A stretch of 64,000 nucleotides of DNA, taken from a bacterium. GTDB lineage: Bacteria > Patescibacteriota > Minisyncoccia > UBA6257 > UBA9933. The notes beneath the pieces are model-generated. The model saw only the letters and a list, made by a program, of their open reading frames with translations, was not told where the DNA came from and did not search any database. Location: assembly GCA_021796335.1 (NCBI GenBank), contig JAJYHZ010000001.1, forward strand, positions 219,454-283,453, given 5' to 3'. Of the stretch, positions 35,157 through 45,476 are shown piece after piece (positions within the stretch are counted from its first letter, which is position 1; each line of letters opens with the position of its first letter). Both the position numbers and the translations under genes were made by a program.

Positions 35157-37550
35157 TTATACAAGTTCCGTTTCTTTTTCCCTTACAAAGAAATGATAAA
35201 TGCCGAATCCTATTAGAAGTCCGAGTAAAAGATCGAACAGCCAGTTGCCGAACAGAGTCCCTATGGTTCCAAGTATTGAAGCAGAAATCGACGGGCCGCC
35301 CGCCACGATTATAGTCAGGTAAGAACTTACGGCTTGGAATCTTCCCCTGTAATCTGAATAGTTCATAATCGAAGTAAATACCAGTGAATCTCCCCCTTTG
35401 GCAGAATTATTTACTTTTACTTTCATATTGACGGCGCTTTGGCTGTTTGCCGCAACAGTTCCGATCATAAACTTAAGATTATTATTCTCTTGAGAAGAAG
35501 GCTGTATATCTGCGCTTTCATAAGAGACTTCGTTCGGCAAAGCAATTTGCAAAACCGCATTTGAAACCGCGCGATTACCGCTATTCTTATACACGACGGT
35601 ATAAGTCATTTCATCTCCCGCATTCGGATTATTATTATCAACCGAAGGAGTGAGTGAAACTGTTATGCCCGGAGCCGCAGGAGGAGTGTAAACCGCTATC
35701 CCCGTACTTGGAATTGCATACGCCGGAGATTTAGTAGTAAAAGTAAGCATACTTCCGTAACTCGTACCCGCCGCGTTTTGCGCAACCGCCCTGAAATAAT
35801 ATGTCGTGTTTGAATTTAATCCGGATAAAGCGAACGATAAAGGAACGGACAATGAATCATGCCCGGCCGGCTGAACAGTTGTTTCGAATCCAAAAGAAGG
35901 GGTCGCCCCCCATTCAAACCAGGCGTTTGTAAATAGATTATTAGTTATAACCGCTCCGTTTAATACGGTGGAGTTCTGGTATACAATGCTTGCCGGTAAA
36001 GTCGTCACCATCGGTGCTTGCCCGCCTGCGCTTATAACTGCTCCGCTGCCGGTCGTAAATGTCAGAATACTTCCGTAATTCGTGCCAAAAGAATTTTGTG
36101 CAACCGCTCGATAATAATAAACGGCATTAGGAGTAAGGTTGCTTATAAAAGTATTTACGTTCATAAACCCGTTAATCTGCTGGAATCCAGACGTATATCC
36201 CAAGTTTTGTGTCGGTCCGTATTCAAACCACATACTTGCAACTGATCCGTTTGAATTCACGTCTCCATTTAAGGTTGCGGAATTCGAGGTAATATTAGTT
36301 GCCGCATCAGTATTGACGGTCGGAGCAGAAGAGATAAATCCCGTGCCGAATTGAGAGGTATTAAACGACACTATGCTTCCGTAAGTCGTGCCAAAAGAAT
36401 TTTGAGCGACTATGCGAAAATAATATGTAGTATTTGTGTTTAATGAGGAGAGGAAACTGGCGATATTAACCGCAAAATTTCCGCTTCCCGCATCCTGTGA
36501 TGCCGTTGTGAATCCCAAAGATCCGGTCGGTCCGTATTCAAACCAAACATTGGTTTCCGAATTGTTCGAATTAACAGTTCCGTTCAAAACCGCCGAATTT
36601 TGCGTAATATTAGTGGCCAAATTAGTGGTCACGATAGGAGCCACTCCGTTTATTGCGCCAGTTTGAGTTGTAAACGAAATCACATTCCCATAAGTTGTCC
36701 CAAAGGAATTTTGAGCAACTGCCCGGAAATAATAAGTTTGTCCAGAATTAAGTCCGCTCAAAAATGAAGTTATATTGAAAGCCGAATTTCCGCTGCCAAT
36801 ATTTTGGAACCCAATAGTTGATCCCAAAGAAGGGCTTGTTCCATATTCAAACCAAACGGTGGTATTTGATCCGTTTGGATTAACGCTGCCGTTTAAACTT
36901 GCGGAATTTTGCGAAATATTTGTTACAAATTGATTTAAGATAGCCGGAGCTTGGTTTTGCGCGGACTGCGACTGGCTGCTTAATTGGGCCCTGAAAACAA
37001 TATAGCCCTGTGCGCTCCATCCCGGCGCGATATCACCTATATTCAGGCCGGAAAAAGAAACTATTTCCGAACCGTTTTGGCCGTTTAATAAACCGGTTGA
37101 ATTACTCGAATCATGATTAGCGAACCATTTTACCGTTCCGGGAAGAAAAGCCAGGGTTTGAGAATTTCCCGAACTGATATTTAATGAAACATTCCCATTC
37201 GCCGAATTCGCGTTAGAAGAAAAAATTGTCCCGTTTATTGTTTGAGAAGTAAAATTTCCCGTTGGTAAATTTACGCTCGCATGCGTCTGTGAAGCCGTAA
37301 CATCCGAAGTGTTGTGGTAATAAACCAAAAAACTGATTACGTCTCCGGGATTTGCGGAAACAGAAGTTGACCAGCAGCTAGTGCATCCCGGATGCTGCGT
37401 ATAATTGGAAATCTGCAATGTCGGATAATCTTTGGGGTCAGTATTAAATGTCGCTGTTGCCGCTTGCGCGCTCAATAACGGCAAAAATATCGCCATTGTA
37501 AAAATTCCGACAAAACCTGCTTTTAAAATTATTGTTAACTTTTTTTTCAT
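35157..37550 (-). CDS. cell-surface repeat protein (4 Fn3/PKD-like modules + DUF11-like domain + C-terminal TM anchor)
   Basis: 797 aa with a signal peptide. It has four ~95-aa repeats (NITxNSAxLNGxVNxN..xWFEYG...YYFRAVAQNSFGTxYG). The DUF11-like segment is TYTVVYKNSGN. The C-terminal segment WLFDLLLGLLIGFGIYHFF is a TM helix. Confidence 0.7.
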   Translation of the reverse strand: MKKKLTIILKAGFVGIFTMAIFLPLLSAQAATATFNTDPKDYPTLQISNYTQHPGCTSCWSTSVSANPGDVISFLVYYHNTSDVTASQTHASVNLPTGNFTSQTINGTIFSSNANSANGNVSLNISSGNSQTLAFLPGTVKWFANHDSSNSTGLLNGQNGSEIVSFSGLNIGDIAPGWSAQGYIVFRAQLSSQSQSAQNQAPAILNQFVTNISQNSASLNGSVNPNGSNTTVWFEYGTSPSLGSTIGFQNIGSGNSAFNITSFLSGLNSGQTYYFRAVAQNSFGTTYGNVISFTTQTGAINGVAPIVTTNLATNITQNSAVLNGTVNSNNSETNVWFEYGPTGSLGFTTASQDAGSGNFAVNIASFLSSLNTNTTYYFRIVAQNSFGTTYGSIVSFNTSQFGTGFISSAPTVNTDAATNITSNSATLNGDVNSNGSVASMWFEYGPTQNLGYTSGFQQINGFMNVNTFISNLTPNAVYYYRAVAQNSFGTNYGSILTFTTGSGAVISAGGQAPMVTTLPASIVYQNSTVLNGAVITNNLFTNAWFEWGATPSFGFETTVQPAGHDSLSVPLSFALSGLNSNTTYYFRAVAQNAAGTSYGSMLTFTTKSPAYAIPSTGIAVYTPPAAPGITVSLTPSVDNNNPNAGDEMTYTVVYKNSGNRAVSNAVLQIALPNEVSYESADIQPSSQENNNLKFMIGTVAANSQSAVNMKVKVNNSAKGGDSLVFTSIMNYSDYRGRFQAVSSYLTIIVAGGPSISASILGTIGTLFGNWLFDLLLGLLIGFGIYHFFVREKETELV

Positions 37551-37706
37551 AATGTTTTCTTGGAATAAATTTTAGTAATTAATTTATTGAATACATTAAT
37601 TAATCGAACCTTTATTTTTCAAATTTTAATTATTTTTAAAAAAGTTTGGGAGGAGGCGTTATCCGCTCCCCCCGTTAGTTATCCCCTTTCTTCTTGCCGC
37701 CCCGGC

Positions 37707-38891
37707 TTAATTCGCCGGGAAAGGTGCCGGGCCATCAGGCTCGCCACTATTTGGCGGCGGACCGTTTGCCGGAAGAGGCGCGGGACCTGTTGGCCCCGGA
37801 ATGACGAACCTCTGCGGCTCCGGTTTTTTTATTTGCTTTCCGCCGGCATAACCGCCGACGGCTCCTAACAGTGCCCCCGCAGCTTCGCAGCGCGGGTCGC
37901 TATCGTGGTGTGGGAAAAAAATCCTATATAGCCCGGCTAGTACTCCTCCAGCCAGAAAATATGGCTGGTACCGCCGGGCCGCGAAGCCAAGTGCCAATAA
38001 TGCCGAACTGCTAGTCGAGGTAATAGTGTCCACTCCGATACAATGTACTACCGGAACGGACACTGAAGCGAACGCGGTCCCGCATTTGCTTTGAACCGCT
38101 ACGCGCATCTGGGAAACTTCTTTCCTTTTTGCGACGTAGAATGTTTTTACAATAGGCTGATTGTAATCGCCGACTACTTCAGCCTCAGTTCTGCTGCCAT
38201 CAAACTCTACCCAGCCGTATGTTTGAGTCCCGGCCGGATTTATGGAGGTCGAAATCAAATACCCGTTCTCAACCTCCATCATCTGATCGACTGTAATAGT
38301 CGGCGACGCGCATGCCACCGGCTTTTCAACAACCGGAGGAGGGACATTAACTGACGCGGGAGGAGGAACTTTAAGGCTTTCAATGGCCTTTCGCAGTTCC
38401 TTTATCTGATTTTTTAATCCGCCTATCTCAGCTTTTGCTTCAGCTTTAGCCTCAACCCTAACCGCCGCCTTTCGTACACGCACATACTTCTTTTTTACTC
38501 GTCGCTTTTTTACACCGCCAACAATGCCTGGGCATAGAGCCTCCTCTTCACAGAGGTGCGGCCCCCATACCAACGCTACCCACTGGCCGTCTTGCCGCTG
38601 AACCTGGACCGGCGACCCGAACATCATTACCGGCCCTTCTTTTCTCACTATATCATACGCCACTTCAACCGGCGTATTTTTTTTAATCCACAAAGCGCCG
38701 CCCACGGTCCGGACATACACATCTGCCGGAGACAAGATTTTTTTCACTTCGATCTTCTGCGTCTTTTTTAAAGACGCATAGTTTTTTTGAATATTCACAA
38801 TCCCCACCTGCCAGCCGAAGCTAACCGAGGGAACAAAAAACCCGACCAAAACGGCAACTGTAAAAAACGAAAAAAATTGCTTCCTCATCAT
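37707..38891 (-). CDS. compositionally foreign (GC-rich) exported hypothetical protein
   Basis: 394 aa. Shine-Dalgarno site aaAGGAGGtttta before the ATG and an N-terminal signal/TM helix. It has a KAEAKAE coiled-coil segment, a glycine-zipper-like GALLGAVGGYAGG and a Pro-rich tail. The DNA is visibly GC-rich against an AT-rich background. Confidence 0.6.
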   Translation of the reverse strand: MMRKQFFSFFTVAVLVGFFVPSVSFGWQVGIVNIQKNYASLKKTQKIEVKKILSPADVYVRTVGGALWIKKNTPVEVAYDIVRKEGPVMMFGSPVQVQRQDGQWVALVWGPHLCEEEALCPGIVGGVKKRRVKKKYVRVRKAAVRVEAKAEAKAEIGGLKNQIKELRKAIESLKVPPPASVNVPPPVVEKPVACASPTITVDQMMEVENGYLISTSINPAGTQTYGWVEFDGSRTEAEVVGDYNQPIVKTFYVAKRKEVSQMRVAVQSKCGTAFASVSVPVVHCIGVDTITSTSSSALLALGFAARRYQPYFLAGGVLAGLYRIFFPHHDSDPRCEAAGALLGAVGGYAGGKQIKKPEPQRFVIPGPTGPAPLPANGPPPNSGEPDGPAPFPAN

Positions 38892-39118
38892 TTAAAACCT
38901 CCTTTTTCCAATCCTATTTATTTTTCAATTTAACTTAAGAAATATCTTAAATAATAATAAACATTTTAAAAAAAAATGTCAAGAGCTAAATGTTTTAGGT
39001 ACATACATTCGGCGGTTTATGAAAAGGCTATTCGAAAATAGTGAAAGTATGGTGATTCTATTATGCCGGATGCAATAAAGTACCTTGATTCTGTGATTTA
39101 TTGCCTTTTTCCTGTGGA

Positions 39119-39424
39119 TTATCTAATTTTTCCCATTAATTCAGAGCTTTCTTTCTTGAAATTTTCCACCTCTTCTTTGATTATTTCATCCAAATCTTCA
39201 ATTTTGCTTTTCAAAAAATTTAAAATCATTTCTTCCGAGGAATTGCCGGCAAGCAGTTTTTCAAAATCATCCTTTTCCTCGTCGGATAATATGTCTAAAA
39301 CTCTTATAATAACTGCCTGAAAAATTATCTGTCCGATACTTATTAACGCCTCCTCCTGCTGTTCCGGAGAAAGTAATTCCAATCCCAAATCGTAAATTAT
39401 ATTATTATTTGTCTTTTTGTCCAT
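39119..39424 (-). CDS. acidic small hypothetical protein (101 aa)
   Basis: Clean ORF directly downstream of the 896-aa gene. It is E/D-rich and helical. Confidence 0.45.
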   Translation of the reverse strand: MDKKTNNNIIYDLGLELLSPEQQEEALISIGQIIFQAVIIRVLDILSDEEKDDFEKLLAGNSSEEMILNFLKSKIEDLDEIIKEEVENFKKESSELMGKIR

Positions 39425-39457
39425 AATTTTATGCTAATAACCACTAACAACTGCCAA

Positions 39458-42148
39458 CTATTTTCCGGCGACCTTTCCAAAATTATTTCTAAGAAAATTA
39501 AAAATCGTGGGGTTTTGTTTTAAAATCATTCGGCGGTCTTCGACAGGTATTTTTCTTATTATTTTCTCTAGCTTATCTACTAAAGCTTCTTTATCCTGGA
39601 TCGCCCACCAATTCGGGCTTCCCCACTCCGGCCTTGCGTAAGTCGGATCAAACCTGTTTGAAACGCCGTAAATAAATTTATTCTTATCTTGAGTTAAAAT
39701 ATCGGCGATGTGATGATTTTTCAAAGCATCAAGCGAAACAACGGAGTTGTCCGGATTGATTTTAAACATTGATTCAAAATATTTTTTAAAATCACTGTCG
39801 GATAGAACATTGTGCGCGCCGGCTGATTCCGGATGATTGTAATCGAAATGCGCCTCTGATCCCGGCGCGTGATAATGAAAATAATAGTCCGGATAATCTT
39901 CGGTCGCGCGGCTTCCCGCTTCATGGATATTTTTTTGAGCAGAATTATCTATCCCGAATTGCCCGCGATTTTCGGGAGTATTGTCAAGCACGCGGTTATG
40001 TGAAAATTCAGCGCCGTGGCCGAATGACAAACTGCTACCGTGCGGATCAATTTGAATGGAACCATGTCTGATATGTCTCATCATTTCTTCATATCCGGCC
40101 ATATTTTTTGAATAACCCAACTTTTCCAATTGCTTTAATGTATCCGGATTCTTTAACGCGCTTTCGGCCTGATTATGCCATAAATTATGCGCCTCTGTTT
40201 CCGCCCAATGATGTAAGTCGCCTTTGCTTTCGTTCCAGCCGAAAGATCTTGCCAATTCGTGATTTGTATCATGCTTATCTATAAACTTGTCGATAATGGA
40301 TCCTTCCGGTCCACGACTTCCTATCTCCAATTTGATTGGTTGATTTACGTGCTCAATTCCGATGTTGCCCGCATGCTGGCCGGGAATATTCTCTCCGGCA
40401 AATTGCCCATTCCCGCCTTTATTCCCGATATTCAAATGATTGTGTCCGATTGGCTCCAAATGATTTAATGAATTGCCGCCGCCAACCGTTGCATGGCGAT
40501 GCATTAAATTATTTATTTGGGAATCCCAACCATGGACATGCGAAAGCGTTCCCAATCCGTATCCTGCAGCCATACCCGTTCCCAGCATTGCCACGCCTTT
40601 TATTAATTTTTTCTTCCTATTTTTTGTCTGAAGTTGTTCTAATACTTTTTGGTATCTTTCTCCATATTCGCGCATTTTTTCCGCAGTCAATTCGCCGCCG
40701 GATAATTGCTCCCCTAATTTTTCTTTTTCACTCTTATGGAATTTTTCAATATTTCTGGATAAAACCGTATCTACACCCTTTCCGGTAAATTGACTCAGGG
40801 CGGCTCCGCCAAAGGCGCCCAAAATCCTCCTGCCGACAAAAACTGCAGCGCCGATTCCCGCAGCCGTTCCGCCGGAAACAGCAGTTGTAATCGCCACTGA
40901 TGATAAAATCCTGACGCTTCTTGGCAACTTTAAATACCCGTCCAAAGCTTTTTTGAAAATGTTCTTTTTCTTCGGTGGCCAGCTTTCAATTTTATTTTCT
41001 TGCAATGCAAGAGTTTCATTATAAATTAAGATTTTTGCAATCTCCTCAGCTTTGAATTTTTTGAGCTCATTTTCCAAATCATCGCCCTGCATGCCTCGCT
41101 CTACTAAATTATTTTTCTTTTGTTCAAGCAAAGCATTGCCGTAATTTATGTTTGCCTCTTCATAATCCAATTTAAACGCCTCCGCATTATAAATCGCTTC
41201 AGCGCGCTCGCGCGTGAAAAATCCGCCGGCCGCCGATACCTGGCTTATATATTTTTCTTTTCGTCTCAAAGCTTCCTTATATTCATCGGCCTCTGGAGGC
41301 AGTGATTTTAGTTTTTCCGGATCATCGGGACTTAATAAACCTTTGAATGATTTAATAGTTGATTCGAGAGCCCATCTTTCTTCTTTTTTTAAATTATTCC
41401 CGAAAATTCCGATATAATCTTTATAAGCATTCGCATACTCCTCGCGCCTATTATCTCTTATATTTTTCCATTCTTTTATTTCCTCTCCTTTGGTTTGTTT
41501 TTCGGTTTTAAATTTATTCTTGCCAGCCTCAAAGAATTCCCCCATATAATCTTTGCTTGCCAGATCTTGTTTTTTATTTTTTTCTTCGCCATTACTTTCA
41601 TCGAGGTTAAATCCCTTTTCACCCGCTTCAAAATATTCTGCCATATAATCCTTCTGTCTTGTCTTCCTTTTATTCTCCGAGCTTATTGGCTTATCAGTGC
41701 TATTTTCTGGTTTATCAAAGATTTCTTCTCCCTCGGGATCGGGAGTCGGATCAACCACATCATGGCTTTCAAGCTCAGCTTCTATTTCGCCATCTTCGGC
41801 TTTATTAACTGTACTATCAGAAACTGAATCGGCAACTTTTCCTGAATTTCCGCCATTGTCTTTTTGAATCAGTTCTTCCTTAATTTTTTTTAGTTTAAAC
41901 TCTATGGAATCCAATTTTTTTACATTTGACCTGCTATTATCTTCTTCATCAATGCTTATTAAATCCTCATTTAATCGATTTAAACGATTAATAATTTCCG
42001 CAGAATTATCCATTTTCCCGATTTCATCGCTTAATTCATGAATTTTTTTCAAAACCCCTCTGGCGGTCAGAGTTTCTCCGCCTTTTCCTTTGGCGATTAA
42101 TTTGTCTATCCCGCTGTGATCTTTATTATTAGGATAACCTTCTTTCAT
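39458..42148 (-). CDS. large orphan membrane-associated protein with internal repeats and His/Gly/Asn-rich C-terminal region
   Basis: 896 aa. It has repeated KDYM(A/G)E(Y/F)FEAG motifs. A central pair of Gly/Ala-rich TM helices reads SSVAITTAVSGGTAAGIGAAVFV...MLGTGMAAGYGLG. The C-terminal region is H-rich (HVHGW, HRH, HNH). Confidence 0.6.
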   Translation of the reverse strand: MKEGYPNNKDHSGIDKLIAKGKGGETLTARGVLKKIHELSDEIGKMDNSAEIINRLNRLNEDLISIDEEDNSRSNVKKLDSIEFKLKKIKEELIQKDNGGNSGKVADSVSDSTVNKAEDGEIEAELESHDVVDPTPDPEGEEIFDKPENSTDKPISSENKRKTRQKDYMAEYFEAGEKGFNLDESNGEEKNKKQDLASKDYMGEFFEAGKNKFKTEKQTKGEEIKEWKNIRDNRREEYANAYKDYIGIFGNNLKKEERWALESTIKSFKGLLSPDDPEKLKSLPPEADEYKEALRRKEKYISQVSAAGGFFTRERAEAIYNAEAFKLDYEEANINYGNALLEQKKNNLVERGMQGDDLENELKKFKAEEIAKILIYNETLALQENKIESWPPKKKNIFKKALDGYLKLPRSVRILSSVAITTAVSGGTAAGIGAAVFVGRRILGAFGGAALSQFTGKGVDTVLSRNIEKFHKSEKEKLGEQLSGGELTAEKMREYGERYQKVLEQLQTKNRKKKLIKGVAMLGTGMAAGYGLGTLSHVHGWDSQINNLMHRHATVGGGNSLNHLEPIGHNHLNIGNKGGNGQFAGENIPGQHAGNIGIEHVNQPIKLEIGSRGPEGSIIDKFIDKHDTNHELARSFGWNESKGDLHHWAETEAHNLWHNQAESALKNPDTLKQLEKLGYSKNMAGYEEMMRHIRHGSIQIDPHGSSLSFGHGAEFSHNRVLDNTPENRGQFGIDNSAQKNIHEAGSRATEDYPDYYFHYHAPGSEAHFDYNHPESAGAHNVLSDSDFKKYFESMFKINPDNSVVSLDALKNHHIADILTQDKNKFIYGVSNRFDPTYARPEWGSPNWWAIQDKEALVDKLEKIIRKIPVEDRRMILKQNPTIFNFLRNNFGKVAGK

Positions 42149-42151
42149 AAT

Positions 42152-42886
42152 TTATTTCTCGATTAACGGTACAAAGGCAAACCCGAAATATTCTTTTTGA
42201 TTATATTTATTTTTAGATATTTTGTCTATAACAACGATGCTTTGTCCGACCGGCGCCACGATTCTGCCGCCTATTTTAAGCTGCCTTTTCCAGGCAATAG
42301 GAACATCTTTTTGAGCGCTGGCACCCGCAATAATTCTATCAAACGGTGCTTCTTTTTTATAGCCCTTGCTGCCATCCCCTAAAATCGATTCCACGACTTT
42401 CTTCTCTATAAAATTATATTTAGAAACATTTTCCCCGGTCATTTCCCGCAATTCCGGAATTATTTCAATTGCGACAATTTTCCCCTGTAAATTAAATTTT
42501 TCCGCGTCAGTCTGAGCTTGGTCCGCGTTTGTCTGCGCCCTGCTTACAATTTGAGCCAAAATGGCCGTTTGCCAACCGCTGCCGGAACCTATTTCCAAGA
42601 TCTTTTCTCCGGCTCGCGGCTGCAATAATTCAAGCATAAAAGCCACGGTAAGCGGCTGCGAAATCGTCTGGCCGAACCCAATTGGAAGAGCTATATTTTC
42701 GTATGCCTCGGTTTTAAAATCCTCGGTGATAAAATCAATCCTGTCAATATTCTTAAAGACTTCTATCAGCTCGAAAGTCTTTAAATAGCCGTCTTTTACC
42801 AAAGAATCCGCAAGGTCGTCGTTTTGAATGCTCATATGAATAATTATGACTGATCCGAAAGCAATTTTAAACGTAACAATCCCCAA
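42152..42886 (-). CDS. pcm: protein-L-isoaspartate O-methyltransferase
   Basis: GFGQTISQPLTVAFMLELL and EIGSGSGWQTAILAQIV (SAM-binding motif). The likely true start is the internal Met (~42835), which would avoid overlap with the upstream gene. Confidence 0.8.
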   Translation of the reverse strand: MGIVTFKIAFGSVIIIHMSIQNDDLADSLVKDGYLKTFELIEVFKNIDRIDFITEDFKTEAYENIALPIGFGQTISQPLTVAFMLELLQPRAGEKILEIGSGSGWQTAILAQIVSRAQTNADQAQTDAEKFNLQGKIVAIEIIPELREMTGENVSKYNFIEKKVVESILGDGSKGYKKEAPFDRIIAGASAQKDVPIAWKRQLKIGGRIVAPVGQSIVVIDKISKNKYNQKEYFGFAFVPLIEK

Positions 42887-43299
42887 AAAATTATTATTCC
42901 AAAAACAAAATTGTAAATCAGCTCAAGAAAAAAAATCGAGGAAAAAAACAGTTTTGGAGCCAAAAAAACATACGACAAGGCCGTAAAAATAACCACGCCG
43001 GATATGTAAGTTGCCGCCGGACTCCATGCAGTTATTTTCTTTTGAATAAGCAAGTTAAGCAATCCGAAAACCAGCAAAATAACCAGTTCCCGCGAAAAAA
43101 CGGGTGTGAATTTCAAAATTAACAATGCCAGCAAAATTAATGCAACTTCTTCCAAAATATTTCTCGTTAAAAAAGGAATTGCCAAAATTATCAATAAAAC
43201 AAAATCCGGCCTTACATCGAAAAAAGAAATTCCCGAAAACTGAAGAAATTCAAAAAACAAAATTATTATGGTAAAAGGGATGATTTTTAACGCGTTCAT
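42844..43299 (-). CDS. polytopic membrane protein, hypothetical
   Basis: 151 aa with 4-5 hydrophobic helices. Directly downstream of dnaJ. Confidence 0.45.
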   Translation of the reverse strand: MNALKIIPFTIIILFFEFLQFSGISFFDVRPDFVLLIILAIPFLTRNILEEVALILLALLILKFTPVFSRELVILLVFGLLNLLIQKKITAWSPAATYISGVVIFTALSYVFLAPKLFFSSIFFLELIYNFVFGIIIFWGLLRLKLLSDQS

Positions 43300-44421
43300 T
43301 TACTGATCCAATTCTTTTTTTAAATCGTCCAAAAGTTTCTTTATTTTACTGTTAATCTTTCTGGGAGTTTTTACTTTAAACTCGATATATAAATCTCCCT
43401 TCCCAAATCTGTTGAAATGGGGCATTCCTTCCCCCGATACTTTTAACGGTTTACTTAAGTCAAAATCCGGCGGGATTTCAATATTTATATTTCTTCCCGA
43501 AATTGTTCGCACTTCAAGCTTTTTATTGTCGGCTGAAATCAACAGGAGATCTAAAAGGGAAATTTCTTTTTTAATTATCAAATCATCGCCTTTTCTCTGA
43601 AAAACGTCATGCGGTTTGACTCTGACCCGGATAAACAAATCACCGTCTTCCGCTCCTCTCTCGCCAGATTCTCCCCCGCCGTTGACCTTTATCATTTGTC
43701 CATCGCTTATGCCGGACAAAATTTTCAGCATAATTTCTTTTTCTCCTTTTACCCGGCCGGTTCCTTTGCAAACTTCGCAAATTTTATTTGGAATTTCTCC
43801 GATACCATGACACTTTGCGCAAGTTTTTATCTGCGAAAAGCTTCCGAAAAAAGTATTTCTGGTTTCTTTGATTTCTCCCTTTCCATCGCAAATTTCGCAT
43901 TTATTCGTTCCCGCTTTCGGATCATGACCGATCCCTCCGCATCTTTGGCACTTTACGTCGGTTTTATATTTTATTTGTTTCTCGACTCCTCTGAAAGATT
44001 CTTCTAAAGTGATCTCTTGCACGATTTCAATATCTGATCCGCGCTTATATGTCTTTCTTTTTTGACGAATTCCCATGCCGTCAAAAAACGCCTCGAAGAT
44101 ATCGCCCATGTCGCCGAAATCGTTGAAGTCGAATCCCCCGAAACCTTGGCCGAAATCCCAGCCTGAGGATGATCCGCCTCCGGCGGAAAACCCGCCAAAA
44201 CCCTGTTGACCATCAAAAACTCGCCCGAATTTATCGTATTGGGCTTTTTTTTCGCGATTCGAAAGAATCTGATAAGCTTCGTTGATTTCCTTGAATCTTT
44301 TTTCATCCCCTCCTTTTTTGTCGGGGTGGTATTGATGAGCTAATTTGCGAAAAGCTTTTTTAATTTCATCTTCCGAGGCGTCGCGAGAAACGCCTAAAAT
44401 TTTATAATAATCTTTCTCCAT
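43300..44421 (-). CDS. dnaJ: molecular chaperone DnaJ
   Basis: J-domain ([31 protein letters not shown]), a G/F region and four CxxCxGxG zinc-finger repeats. Confidence 0.9.
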   Translation of the reverse strand: MEKDYYKILGVSRDASEDEIKKAFRKLAHQYHPDKKGGDEKRFKEINEAYQILSNREKKAQYDKFGRVFDGQQGFGGFSAGGGSSSGWDFGQGFGGFDFNDFGDMGDIFEAFFDGMGIRQKRKTYKRGSDIEIVQEITLEESFRGVEKQIKYKTDVKCQRCGGIGHDPKAGTNKCEICDGKGEIKETRNTFFGSFSQIKTCAKCHGIGEIPNKICEVCKGTGRVKGEKEIMLKILSGISDGQMIKVNGGGESGERGAEDGDLFIRVRVKPHDVFQRKGDDLIIKKEISLLDLLLISADNKKLEVRTISGRNINIEIPPDFDLSKPLKVSGEGMPHFNRFGKGDLYIEFKVKTPRKINSKIKKLLDDLKKELDQ

Positions 44422-44432
44422 AAATTAATCGG

Positions 44433-45461
44433 TTAAAGAATAATAACTTCCTTCGAACGATCTTCGAGTGAAATTCTTATAAATCCCAAAGAAATCAAAA
44501 TTTCATAAATAATGTAAGCTAAAAACGAAACAATTATCCTAATCGGCCAAGAAATGCTTGCTGCCGTTAAAAATATTAATGCCCCGATTCCAACATAAAC
44601 AAAATTTTTCAAATTGTCTGGTAATTTCATGAAATTGTCTTTTGCCGCCTGAAATGCGATATCCGGAATTTTCATCATCGGATCTATAGAACTGTTTATA
44701 AAACCGGATATTTTATCGTAAAAACTTTTATTTGCCGCATTAACCAGCTGTTGTTTTTCTTTGGTCGGCAAATATTTCGCCTGCGGCAATTCATTTACGC
44801 TATTTTGGGAAATATTATTGGCGACTTCTTCCAAAGTCGAGGTCGTAGTGAAACCCGGTACAAATTTATTTATCCAGCCCTGATTTACGGAAAAAATATC
44901 CTCGAAAACAGTGTGAGATATCGGCATATTTTGCGTTGATTCTAAAAACATCGGTATTACGGCGCTCACTATCAGCGCCACCGCAACAATTCCTCCATAA
45001 ACGACCACACGGCTTATTTCTCCAAATCTTATCTTTAATGAATTATTGATTATTTTTCTTCCCGCCGCGTTCGCCGAATATAAAATAAGAAAATTCACCG
45101 CGATAAAAATCAATATCCAAATATTACTGTTTATAAAAATAAACCCCAGGGCAAAACTCTGCAGAGCGATCAAAAAGGCGGCTTGTCCCGATTCGCTGAC
45201 CAAAAAGGTTTGCAAAACAAAAAAAATCAGAAATAAAACAAACACGATAATAACCCAGACAAGGTTGCCCGTTCCACCCGATTCTAAAAGAAACTTCAAA
45301 AACCAGCCGAAGAAAAATGCCGAGATGATTCCCAAAAACGACAACGAAGCCGTTCTGAGGGAAAAAGAATTGTTTTGTTCAATGCGCTTATTCAGTATTT
45401 GAACTTCCATTTTTTTGATTATACATCCCGCACACAAATTATTCCAGCGGAATGAAATCAA
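44433..45461 (-). CDS. polytopic membrane protein, hypothetical (between dnaK and dnaJ)
   Basis: 342 aa with 6-8 TM helices and no recognisable catalytic motif. Confidence 0.45.
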   Translation of the reverse strand: MISFRWNNLCAGCIIKKMEVQILNKRIEQNNSFSLRTASLSFLGIISAFFFGWFLKFLLESGGTGNLVWVIIVFVLFLIFFVLQTFLVSESGQAAFLIALQSFALGFIFINSNIWILIFIAVNFLILYSANAAGRKIINNSLKIRFGEISRVVVYGGIVAVALIVSAVIPMFLESTQNMPISHTVFEDIFSVNQGWINKFVPGFTTTSTLEEVANNISQNSVNELPQAKYLPTKEKQQLVNAANKSFYDKISGFINSSIDPMMKIPDIAFQAAKDNFMKLPDNLKNFVYVGIGALIFLTAASISWPIRIIVSFLAYIIYEILISLGFIRISLEDRSKEVIIL

Positions 45462-45476
45462 AAATAAATCGGAAAA

